NCBI GenBank assembly: GCA_964524645.1
Contig: CAZGEC010000001.1
Span: 179,994 to 243,993 of the forward strand
Source: an uncultured Fibrobacteraceae bacterium
GTDB lineage: Bacteria; Krumholzibacteriota; Krumholzibacteriia; LZORAL124-64-63
Direction: 5' to 3'
Length of the DNA stretch: 64,000 nt
The notes under the pieces were generated by a model. It ran no database searches. It had not been told where the DNA came from and saw only the letters and a list, made by a program, of their open reading frames with translations. Shown here piece by piece: positions 16,609 through 24,861 of the stretch. Each line of letters opens with the position of its first letter. Position 1 is the first letter of the stretch. Position numbers and translations under genes: made by a program.

Positions 16609-19489
16609 GGAGCGTCACCTTGCGGCTGGCTGTCCGGCCCTCTACCGTGACGCTCACCAGGTAGGTCCCGGCGGCCGCGACGCCGTCACGGGCCCGGCCA
16701 TCCCACTCCAGATCGTGGTCGCCTGCGGAATACCAGCGACGCCCCAGATCCGCCACCTTGCGTCCGGCCAGATCCCAGACCGCCGCTTCCACCCAGGCGG
16801 GTCGCTCCAGGGAGAGGCTCATCCGGACGCGGGGGTTGAAGGGATTGGGGCGGGGCTCGTCCAGGCGGAAGCCCCGTGAGGGCTCGACATCCGGCCCTGC
16901 GGAACACCCTCCCGCCAGGGAGGTCAGGGCCAGCACCCCCCCATCTCCGGCCCGCAGCCGGAAGGCGATGCGGCCGTCGGCGCCCGCGGCCAGCCGCGAC
17001 GACGCCACCGCGGAGGCCGGCAGCTCGAGGACGCCCGTCTCGCCTGCCGCGCGCCAGGCTCCGCTCACGGCGACGCCGTCCTGCACGAGAACGCTCCAGC
17101 CCCCGGCCGTTTCCCCTTCCAGCCACCAGCCGCGCCCGGGTGGCAGATCGCAGGTCACGCGTATCGCGCCGTCGACGCAGGCGGCTGCGAGCGGGGCCGG
17201 CACGCTCGGCACGGGATTGGGCTCGATGTTCAGCATGGTCAGGGCCAGCTCGAGGGTGCGGTCCAGCGTGATCATGTCCAGGGTTCCGTCGCGATCCAGA
17301 TCTGCCGTGAGGATACGAGAAGGTTCCAGCGCCGAGCTGAAGGGCACCAAGGGGGAGAGAAACCAGTTAGGACCGGTGATGATGAGCCCGACGCTGTGGT
17401 TCGCCGGGAAGGTGATCAGAACGTCCGCAACCCCGTTCACGTCGATGTCGGCCGTCGTGATCGTGCCGGGTTGCATGTCCAGAACGCGATCATCCACCCT
17501 CAGCTGCATGGTCCCATCGCCCAGGTTTTCCAGATAGGCGAGGGTTCCCTGCTGCTCCTTCTGCACGACCAGGTCCAGGTCGCCGTCGGAATCGAAGTCC
17601 CCCGTTGCCAGGCTGGTGGGCGCGTTGCCCAGATTGTAGAAGCGGACGAGTCCGAACTCGCGACCACCCAGGTTGGCCAGCGTGGTCAGCCGTCCGGTGC
17701 CGTTGCTGACGACGATCTCGGGCAGGCCGTCGTGGCTGAGGTCCATGGCCACGACGTCGGAAACGGCGTCCACCAGGGGCAGGGTCTCGACCTGGGCAAA
17801 CGTGCCGTCGCCGGCCCCGTAGGCCAGGGTGATGTCGTCCGAGCCCTCGTTACCCACCACCAGGTCCTCGATGCCGTCCAGGTCCATGTCGACGGCCTGC
17901 AGGGCAAAGGGCCCGTTACCGGTCGTGAACTCGCTCAGGGGGGTGTATCCCCCGCCGGGCAGCCGCCGCAGGACGCGCACCCGGCGGACGCTCGGTTGAA
18001 CCACGGCCAGATCGCGCAGGGTATCGCCGTCGGCCAGAATCATGGCCAGGGCGCGCGGCTCGGCCGTGAGCGGCACCGGCACCGCGTCGCGCGTGAGATG
18101 GCCGGTGCCGTCGGAGCGCAGGATCTCCACCGTCGGGCTCCCCAGGCAAGCCACCAGCAGGTCCTCGTCTCCGTCCAGGTCCTCGTCGTACGTCAGCCCC
18201 TCGATGGGATTCGGGGGCAGCAGGGTGGCCAGGTATGCCCGGTAGCTGGGACCGTCGTTGCCGAAGAGCAGGGCCACGCTGCGGGACGTGCCGTTGGCGA
18301 CCAGGAGATCCAGGTACTGGTCGCCGTTCAGGCGGCATGACGCGACATCCTCGGCGTGGCCCCCGGTGTAGAAGGTCTCCAGGAGGCTCCAGTCGCCGGC
18401 CTGCCACCGGAAGTAATCCAGCACGCCGCGCTCCCTGCTCCAGCACCAGATGCCCCGGGTGCCGCCGGACATCTCGGCGGCGATCAGACCGTCGGCCTGA
18501 AAGCCGGTTCCGAGCCGGCCGGCCTCGACCAGGCCACCGGCCTGGGGTTCGAACAGGCTCACGTAGGCCGAGTCCGCATAGGTGACCAGCAGCTCCGTCA
18601 CCAGATCGCCGTCTTCGTCGAAGGGCACGCAGCACAGGGGATTGCCGTCGCAAACCGTCTGTGCGGTCAGCGAGTAGCGCCCGCCCGCGTCCCGCCGGAA
18701 GATGGAGAGATCCTCGGAAAGGTAGCCGCTGTCGGACGTGACGACCTCCGGGATCTGATCACCGTCCAGGTCGATGGCCGCCAGCGAGCTGGGATGATCG
18801 CCGCTGTCCACCTCCTGGGTGACCTCCCAGCCTGCTTCCGTCGGCTCCAGGAGCAACCAGCGATCGAAACCGGGCAGGGTCACGGCCAGGGCGATCGCCC
18901 CGTCCTGACCCAGGGGAGCGGCGAGGATGGCGCCGGGATCCTCGTCGAACTCCACGTGGGCCACCATCTCGAAGACCTCTGCACCACCTCGATACCGCAA
19001 GAGCACGACTTGGTCCGGATTGGCCGTCGCCACACCGAGCAGCTCCGCGTGGGTGCCGGGATCGGTGAAGACCTCCAGATCCACGATCGAGCCGCTGATC
19101 TGGAAGAACTCCGTGGGCCGGAATAGGCCGCCCCCGACATGCTCCACCTTGGCGAGAACTCCATCGCTGCGTCCGGCGATCGCCTCCATGATGCCGTCGC
19201 CGTCCACGTCGAAACAGACGATGGAATTCACGGGCTGCTGCAGGAAGACATTGATCTGGCCCGGGAAGTAGAGCCCCACGGCGGCGGCCGCGGCCAGGGG
19301 CGTCAGGAGGAGGCCTCCCACGAGCAGCCGGCAGAACCCCGAGAGCGAGCGGCGCCGGACCGCCCCCCCCGGCGGTGAAGCCGCCCTGCTGCCCGGCCGA
19401 CGATCGCCCGGGGGAGCCTCGAGGGAGAAGGGATGCTGTTGCGCGGACATGGATCCGGTGGCCCTTCGCCGGGGTGGGATACTCGCCAT
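16601..19489 (-). CDS. FG-GAP/VCBS repeat beta-propeller protein with C-terminal FlgD-Ig/T9SS-type sorting domain
   Basis: At least 9 FG-GAP-like DxDGDG repeats (FDVDGDGIMEA, DLDGDQIPEV, DEDGDLVTEL, DFDSDGDLDLVV ...). The last ~83 aa (RPNPFNPRVRMSLSL...EWDGRARDGVAAAGTYLVSVTVEGRTASRKVTLLK) form the CTD. Start is uncertain (19489 or 19450). Confidence 0.75.
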   Translation of the reverse strand: MASIPPRRRATGSMSAQQHPFSLEAPPGDRRPGSRAASPPGGAVRRRSLSGFCRLLVGGLLLTPLAAAAAVGLYFPGQINVFLQQPVNSIVCFDVDGDGIMEAIAGRSDGVLAKVEHVGGGLFRPTEFFQISGSIVDLEVFTDPGTHAELLGVATANPDQVVLLRYRGGAEVFEMVAHVEFDEDPGAILAAPLGQDGAIALAVTLPGFDRWLLLEPTEAGWEVTQEVDSGDHPSSLAAIDLDGDQIPEVVTSDSGYLSEDLSIFRRDAGGRYSLTAQTVCDGNPLCCVPFDEDGDLVTELLVTYADSAYVSLFEPQAGGLVEAGRLGTGFQADGLIAAEMSGGTRGIWCWSRERGVLDYFRWQAGDWSLLETFYTGGHAEDVASCRLNGDQYLDLLVANGTSRSVALLFGNDGPSYRAYLATLLPPNPIEGLTYDEDLDGDEDLLVACLGSPTVEILRSDGTGHLTRDAVPVPLTAEPRALAMILADGDTLRDLAVVQPSVRRVRVLRRLPGGGYTPLSEFTTGNGPFALQAVDMDLDGIEDLVVGNEGSDDITLAYGAGDGTFAQVETLPLVDAVSDVVAMDLSHDGLPEIVVSNGTGRLTTLANLGGREFGLVRFYNLGNAPTSLATGDFDSDGDLDLVVQKEQQGTLAYLENLGDGTMQLRVDDRVLDMQPGTITTADIDVNGVADVLITFPANHSVGLIITGPNWFLSPLVPFSSALEPSRILTADLDRDGTLDMITLDRTLELALTMLNIEPNPVPSVPAPLAAACVDGAIRVTCDLPPGRGWWLEGETAGGWSVLVQDGVAVSGAWRAAGETGVLELPASAVASSRLAAGADGRIAFRLRAGDGGVLALTSLAGGCSAGPDVEPSRGFRLDEPRPNPFNPRVRMSLSLERPAWVEAAVWDLAGRKVADLGRRWYSAGDHDLEWDGRARDGVAAAGTYLVSVTVEGRTASRKVTLLK

Positions 19490-19724
19490 CAGAATACGGG
19501 TCCAGGGACCTACTCCTCAAGCATGCACCTTTATGGGTTGACACTGCATCACCTACGCCTGAAATTTAATGATGTTTCGGCCCCGCGCGCCGGGCTGGGG
19601 CGGCAACTGTCGCGACAGGTTCGCGCCGGCGCCCGGCCTCGTGGATTCTCGACCCCTTGCGGAAGCGGCGCCACTCCGACCTCCTCCCCACAACACGGGT
19701 GGCGGAGCCGACAGGAGCAACTCC

Positions 19725-20657
19725 ATGTCCAAGAAGTGCCTGTTCGCACCGGCCCTTTTTCTGCTCTGCATCCTGATCCTGGGTTCGACTGTCGCCTGGG
19801 CGCAGACCCAGGAACAGGAGAAGAAGGAGAAGGAGAAGACCTACAAGCTGCAGCATCCCAGCAGCACGCTGGTGAAGGAGAAGCAGGAGGCGGAGGAGAA
19901 GGCGGCCAAGGCTTACGTTCCCGGCATTTACGGCGGGGAACTCGGGTGCAGCCTGACCATGGGCTTCCTGAACCTGGACACCACCCTCCTGCAGGGGAAT
20001 CAGCTGGTTTACAAGTACACGGACGCCGACACCTACTGGGGAGACATCAAGCTCCAGGGCCAGTCGGCCTTCAATCCCATCGTGAGCCTGGACTACAATC
20101 TGAACTCCTGGCTGGCCATCGAGCCCCACTTCAGCATCAGCTTCTCCGAGTACAGCGCCACGATCACGAACCGGCACTCCCGCCCCAACGACAATCCCGA
20201 TGCACCCATCGTCGACGACCCGCCGCTGGAGGAATACGACGCCGAGCACCGGTCCGTCGTGACCTGGCATCTGGGTCTGAACGGGATCGTTTATCCCTTC
20301 AACCTCGACGGCAACGGGGAGGGGCGCCTGCAACCGTTCCTGCTGGGAGGCACACAGCGCTCCTACTTCGATCTGAACTCCAGCTACACCGGCGACACCT
20401 CGGCGAGCTGGACTTATCGCCTGGGGGGCGGCATTCGCTACATCGCCGACGACCTGATCAGCGTGCGTTTTCAGGTGACCATGGACACGACGACCATCCA
20501 CTTCTTACCCTCCCCACGCTGGCTGGAACTCAACGACGGCACGCTCCAGATCCCGGTCTTCAAGGTCGTCAACGGGCAGTACGTCCTCCTGGATAGCTTC
20601 GCCAAGCAGAAGCTCTCCAGCCTGACCTGGGGCCTCGGTTTCACCGCCAGCTTCTGA
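19725..20657 (+). CDS. Outer-membrane beta-barrel protein (hypothetical porin-like)
   Basis: Start M53 of the track ORF (MSKKCLFAPALFLLCILILGSTVAWAQ signal peptide, GGAG upstream). Lys/Glu-rich linker, then amphipathic beta-strands ending in C-terminal F (GLGFTASF). Confidence 0.6.
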   Translation: MSKKCLFAPALFLLCILILGSTVAWAQTQEQEKKEKEKTYKLQHPSSTLVKEKQEAEEKAAKAYVPGIYGGELGCSLTMGFLNLDTTLLQGNQLVYKYTDADTYWGDIKLQGQSAFNPIVSLDYNLNSWLAIEPHFSISFSEYSATITNRHSRPNDNPDAPIVDDPPLEEYDAEHRSVVTWHLGLNGIVYPFNLDGNGEGRLQPFLLGGTQRSYFDLNSSYTGDTSASWTYRLGGGIRYIADDLISVRFQVTMDTTTIHFLPSPRWLELNDGTLQIPVFKVVNGQYVLLDSFAKQKLSSLTWGLGFTASF

Positions 20658-20710
20658 GCAAGCGGTTCCGGCCGGCCCGTGACCGCCCGGCAGGGGCGGC
20701 CGCCCGGCTT

Positions 20711-22312
20711 TCAGGGACGGGGAACGATCTGGCGGTCTTCTCCGAACCCGGCCAGCGCTTCGAGCCGGTAGCCGAGAGCTTCTCCCAGGTGGGATCTACT
20801 GACCACGCACTGCTCCTCGAGGATCGCGATGGTCCGCGCCACGCGAGCGCAGCGCAGCGTCCCGCGCAGCGAGAGTCCCAGGGAGCGCCGGGCCTCCTCC
20901 AGGAAGGCCACGGCTTCGGCCTCCAGGCCCAGCTCGCGCAGCAGATCGCGGGGATCCGCCTCGCCTCCGGCGGCAACCGGATGCGCCTGCAGCCAGCGTC
21001 GCGAGCGGGTGGCCCGCTCGCAAAGCGGTCGCCAGACGTCACCCCCGGCCCGCGCCTTCGTCCCGGCTTCCCCGTCGCGACGGATCAGCAGGGATTCCCG
21101 CGGCTCGCACATCTCGACGAAGAGGTCGATGCGGTCCAGAAAGGGTCCCGAGAGACGCCCCCGGTACTGGGCCAGCGCCGCCGGGGTGCAGCGACAGGAG
21201 CGGCGGCGACTGCCCAGGAAGCCGCAGCGGCAGGGGTTCATGGCGGCCACGAGCTGGAAGGAGGCGGGAAAGGTGCGCGCGCCGCTCCCCCGTGCCACGA
21301 CGATCCGTCCCTCTTCCAGGGGCTCCCGCAGGACGTCCAGGACGGCCGGCGAGAACTCCCCCAGCTCGTCCAGGAAGAGCAGTCCCAGATGGGCCAGCGT
21401 CACTTCCCCCGGGCGCAAGGCGGCGCCGCCGCCGATCAGGCCCGCCCGGGTGATGGTGTGATGCGGGGCGCGGAAGGGAGGCCGCCTCAGCAGGTCGCCG
21501 CCGCGCAGGCCGCCGACCGCACTGTGGATGCGGCTGACCTCCAGCGACTCGGCGGCGGTCAGCGACGGGAGCAGGCCGGCCACGGCGCGAGCGAGACGGG
21601 TTTTCCCGGCCCCGGGAGGGCCCACCAGGAGCAGGTTGTGACGCCCGGCGGCGGCGATCAGAGCGGCGCGCTGCGCGGCCGGCTGTCCGAGCAGCCCCAG
21701 GAAGGCCGCCGCGCTCGCCGCGGTGCCGGGGAGGGAGGCCGGACGCGCCGGCGGTGAGGCCGGCGGCCCGCCGCCGGCGGTCCGGGGCATGATCCCGCGA
21801 CGCCACCAGGCCACCACCTGCGACAGGTTGTCGGCGCCGATCGCCTCCACGCTCTCCACCAGCCGGGCTTCCCAGGCCTGGCAGGCCGGGACCACCACCA
21901 GGCGCTCGCCGCGGCGTGCCGCATCCAAAACGATGGCCAGCAGCCCGCGCACGGGGCGCAGCTCGCCGAACAGGCTGAGCTCGCCGAGCAGCAGGGCTCG
22001 CTGCCGGACCGGCGGCACCGCGGCGGCGGCCTCGTCCTGGGCCGCGATCACCCCCAGGGCGATCGCCAGGTCGAAGGCGGCCCCTTCCTTGCGCACATCG
22101 GCCGGTGCCAGGTTGACGGTGATGCGGCCGAGGGGAAAGCCGAAGCCGCTGTTGCGGATGGCCGAGAGCACGCGCTCCCGGCTCTCGCGCACCGCAGCGC
22201 TGGGCAGGCCGACAATGTGGAAGGCGGGCAGACCGCGCCCGACGTCGACCTCCACCCCCACCGTGTAGCCCTCGATGCCGTCCACGGCGCCGCTGCGAAA
22301 CCTCGTGGGCAT
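20711..22312 (-). CDS. YifB/ComM-family Mg-chelatase-like AAA+ ATPase
   Basis: Start M51 of the track ORF (GGAGG upstream). N-terminal Lon-like/ChlI-type domain, Walker A GPPGAGKT and a C-terminal Mg-chelatase subunit-like region. Confidence 0.85.
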   Translation of the reverse strand: MPTRFRSGAVDGIEGYTVGVEVDVGRGLPAFHIVGLPSAAVRESRERVLSAIRNSGFGFPLGRITVNLAPADVRKEGAAFDLAIALGVIAAQDEAAAAVPPVRQRALLLGELSLFGELRPVRGLLAIVLDAARRGERLVVVPACQAWEARLVESVEAIGADNLSQVVAWWRRGIMPRTAGGGPPASPPARPASLPGTAASAAAFLGLLGQPAAQRAALIAAAGRHNLLLVGPPGAGKTRLARAVAGLLPSLTAAESLEVSRIHSAVGGLRGGDLLRRPPFRAPHHTITRAGLIGGGAALRPGEVTLAHLGLLFLDELGEFSPAVLDVLREPLEEGRIVVARGSGARTFPASFQLVAAMNPCRCGFLGSRRRSCRCTPAALAQYRGRLSGPFLDRIDLFVEMCEPRESLLIRRDGEAGTKARAGGDVWRPLCERATRSRRWLQAHPVAAGGEADPRDLLRELGLEAEAVAFLEEARRSLGLSLRGTLRCARVARTIAILEEQCVVSRSHLGEALGYRLEALAGFGEDRQIVPRP

Positions 22313-22599
22313 GCCCCTGCCTGCTCCTCCCGCCCGCTGGTCGCGCGGGCGGCTAGCAAGCGGCGAGCCGCAGGATGCCCCCGTTCCGTCTTCCCGGCGT
22401 TTGGCGCCCGGCAGCCGCAGAGCGGCGCCCCGCGGGGTCGCGGACACGCGGCCCCGGGTCACGCCGGTCCCCGGAGGTCGTCGCCGCCGGGGATGCCCGT
22501 CCTCGGAGGTTCACGGATAATGGCGGGAGGGACCGGCGCCGACACGACGAGGGGAGACTCCGCCGCGGAGTCCCCCCTCGCTCTATCCAGGCGCCGGGG

Positions 22600-23307
22600 C
22601 TAGTGGTACAGATCCTTGATCTTGCCCCAAGTCGAGTTCTCGCTGGCCGTCGGGTCGTTCGGCGGCGTCAGCTTGGTCTTGAAGCTGCGGTCGAAGCCGT
22701 CGGGCACCGGCGTGACCGGCGGATTCGGGTCGGAGATGTCCAGCCCGAGGAAGTTCCAGTCGTTCAAGAAGTACTCCGCCAGGCTGAGGTCGCCGACCCG
22801 CGTGCCTCCGATGAAGTCGCAGGTGCCGGCGCCGGAACCGGTGAACACACCAGGCGGCGTGATGCTGCCGTCCATGAGGTTCAGGGTCCAGCCGTCGTCC
22901 ACGCTCGCGAAGAGGATCAGCTCGCCATCCACGAAGGTGCTGACATCCCCGTAATCGGCGGCCGTACCGCCCGCGATGGGGTCGGAGTATATATGGACCA
23001 TTCCGCCGTTGAAGATGGAGCTCATGCGCGGGAACGGCGGCGGGGGGTAGCTGCTCTGCCCGCCGATGGTCATGCCCTCGACATGAACCGTGTACTGGTA
23101 ATTGTCCATGTCGACGGCGATCGGCGTCGGCACACCACCCACCGTGCTCAGAATCCCGTACACGTCCATGGTCGCGCCCAGCTGATCCGGCGCGGGCGTG
23201 TACGTGGCGTACCCGTTGAAGAGGAACTCGCTCCCCGCCAGCGCTTGCGCAGTCATGAGCAAGGCGATGAGCAACGCTGCAGGAGCCAGGACTTTCTTGA
23301 GCTTCAT
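22600..23307 (-). CDS. Secreted protein, paralogue A, ending in the conserved motif STWGKIKDLYH
   Basis: Signal peptide MKLKKVLAPAALLIALLMTAQALA with GGAGGA RBS. Paralogous to the next gene (DNYQYTVHVEG vs DDYQYTIVIS, VPDGFD vs VPDGYD, same C-terminal motif). Confidence 0.6.
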   Translation of the reverse strand: MKLKKVLAPAALLIALLMTAQALAGSEFLFNGYATYTPAPDQLGATMDVYGILSTVGGVPTPIAVDMDNYQYTVHVEGMTIGGQSSYPPPPFPRMSSIFNGGMVHIYSDPIAGGTAADYGDVSTFVDGELILFASVDDGWTLNLMDGSITPPGVFTGSGAGTCDFIGGTRVGDLSLAEYFLNDWNFLGLDISDPNPPVTPVPDGFDRSFKTKLTPPNDPTASENSTWGKIKDLYH

Positions 23308-23340
23308 GACGTGCATCCTCCTATCCATTGTTGCCCGGCA

Positions 23341-24030
23341 CTAGCGGTACAGGTTCTTGACCTGGCCCCAGGATCCCGGCTCGACGGGGATGGTCGGGTT
23401 GAAGGTCACGTGCCCGTCCATCTCGAGATCGTAGCCGTCAGGCACTTGCGCAGCCAGCGGATCGACCGTACCGGAGAAGATGTTCCCCAGCGGATCGAAC
23501 AGCTCGCCAATATCCGGATGGATGGTCCAGTTGATGTAGCCCTCGAAGCTGCCGACGTGCATCGCCGGGTAGTAGATCATGTAGAAGCTGCTGAAGACGC
23601 CGTGGAGGTAGATGGCCCCGTCGGCGAAGGTCAGCGGAGCGGTCGCGTTCGGCGGTTCGAGCCCGAAGTCGGGAGCCGTGTAAGCGAAGTCGTCGTACCG
23701 CTGGGCCACGATGTCCACCGCACCGCCGGTGTAGCTGATGTAGAACATCCCGCCGCCGAAGTCCGTTTCACCCATGGAAACGAGGTCGGAGATGACAATC
23801 GTGTACTGGTAGTCGTCCGGGCTCCAGACCAAGGGCTCGCTCATGCTCTCGATGAAGCCGACGCCCTCCAGCACGTCGCCGACATTGCTCGGAGGATACC
23901 CCACCACGCCGGGGGTGTTGTCCGACTCGTACATGAATCCCGTGAAGTCCAGGATCGTCTGCGGCTGCGCGAACGCGGAGACGGCCACGAGGCACAGCGC
24001 AAACGACCACAGCATGATGACTCGCTTCAT
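23341..24030 (-). CDS. Secreted protein, paralogue B, ending in the conserved motif GSWGQVKNLYR
   Basis: Signal peptide MKRVIMLWSFALCLVAVSAFAQP with GGGAGGG RBS. Tandem paralogue of 22600..23307. Confidence 0.6.
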   Translation of the reverse strand: MKRVIMLWSFALCLVAVSAFAQPQTILDFTGFMYESDNTPGVVGYPPSNVGDVLEGVGFIESMSEPLVWSPDDYQYTIVISDLVSMGETDFGGGMFYISYTGGAVDIVAQRYDDFAYTAPDFGLEPPNATAPLTFADGAIYLHGVFSSFYMIYYPAMHVGSFEGYINWTIHPDIGELFDPLGNIFSGTVDPLAAQVPDGYDLEMDGHVTFNPTIPVEPGSWGQVKNLYR

Positions 24031-24320
24031 CACACCCTCCCGAGTTATCCTGAATGCAAGCAACGCATGATTCGGAATGGACCTTGTATCATTTCCCAGA
24101 AACGTAATCAGTACCTCCTCCATGAGAGGTCACGGGCGAGTCGATAGCACCAAACCAGATCCGTTGAGGAAAGATGACGGACGATTTTTCCCCTCTTTAT
24201 GTCGCAGTATACCACATGCCCCTGCATGTTGCAATCGGGATTTGCGGTCTGGCTTGCACTCCGCCCGGCTTGTCGCGTGCGGAACGATCGAACCGCCGTG
24301 CGGGCTGCCCGGGGGACGTG

Positions 24321-24352
24321 CAAAAGACACGGAAGCCCCCTGAGGGGCTTCC
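24321..24352 (-). terminator. Rho-independent terminator downstream of the histone-fold gene
   Basis: Plus-strand GGAAGCCCC-CTGA-GGGGCTTCC gives a 9-bp GC stem. On the minus-strand transcript it is followed by GUGUCUUUUG. Confidence 0.5.
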
Positions 24353-24428
24353 GCACAATACCCTGTCACGGTCGTCGGCTCCCGCCAAGAGGGCCGGCGG
24401 CCGCCGGAAGCGGATGCGTCCGGGTTAT

Positions 24429-24599
24429 CTACAGATCCTGGGGGCGAACCGTCTTGCGGCCGTTGGCCAGGGCGCGCTGCTCGGCCTTGGCGATCAGCTC
24501 GCGGACCTTCCCATCCAGGGCACCGTAGAACTCGCCCGAAACGTTGCACTTCTTGACGGCTTCCTTCGTCTTGCTCTTGCTGATGATCATGTCGGCCAT
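24429..24599 (-). CDS. Bacterial histone-fold protein (DUF1931 / HBb-like)
   Basis: 56 aa, MADMIISKSKTKEAVKKCNVSGEFYGALDGKVRELIAKAEQRALANGRKTVRPQDL. The C-terminal ...AKAEQRAxANGRKTV..DL matches the histone alpha3 'GRKTI/V' signature of archaeal HMf and bacterial HBb proteins. GGAGGAG RBS 4 nt upstream. A terminator hairpin lies downstream. Confidence 0.7.
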   Translation of the reverse strand: MADMIISKSKTKEAVKKCNVSGEFYGALDGKVRELIAKAEQRALANGRKTVRPQDL

Positions 24600-24861
24600 G
24601 GCTCCTCCAACCGAAGAAGGGTCCAAACCACGAATGCGGGGCCCCATCGTCCCGAAGGCATCCCCCGCTGTCAACCCCCGAAATCGCTCCACGCAAGCTG
24701 TCCTCACGCCGGGAAAGCGCGTCCGGGCGCCCTGGCGCACCCCTTGTCGGGGCTGCGACACAATCGCCTCGACACGGAATGCTGTCAAGACTAGTTTTTG
24801 CGGGTACGGCACCGGCAGCACGCGCACGCCGGCCTTTTCCACTCCCATCAAGGAGGGCGGC

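Noticed and set aside
24108-24356. 82-aa ORF in the paralogue/histone intergenic region
   Set aside because: It overlaps the terminator hairpin and AT-rich promoter region, has no RBS and no protein-like composition.
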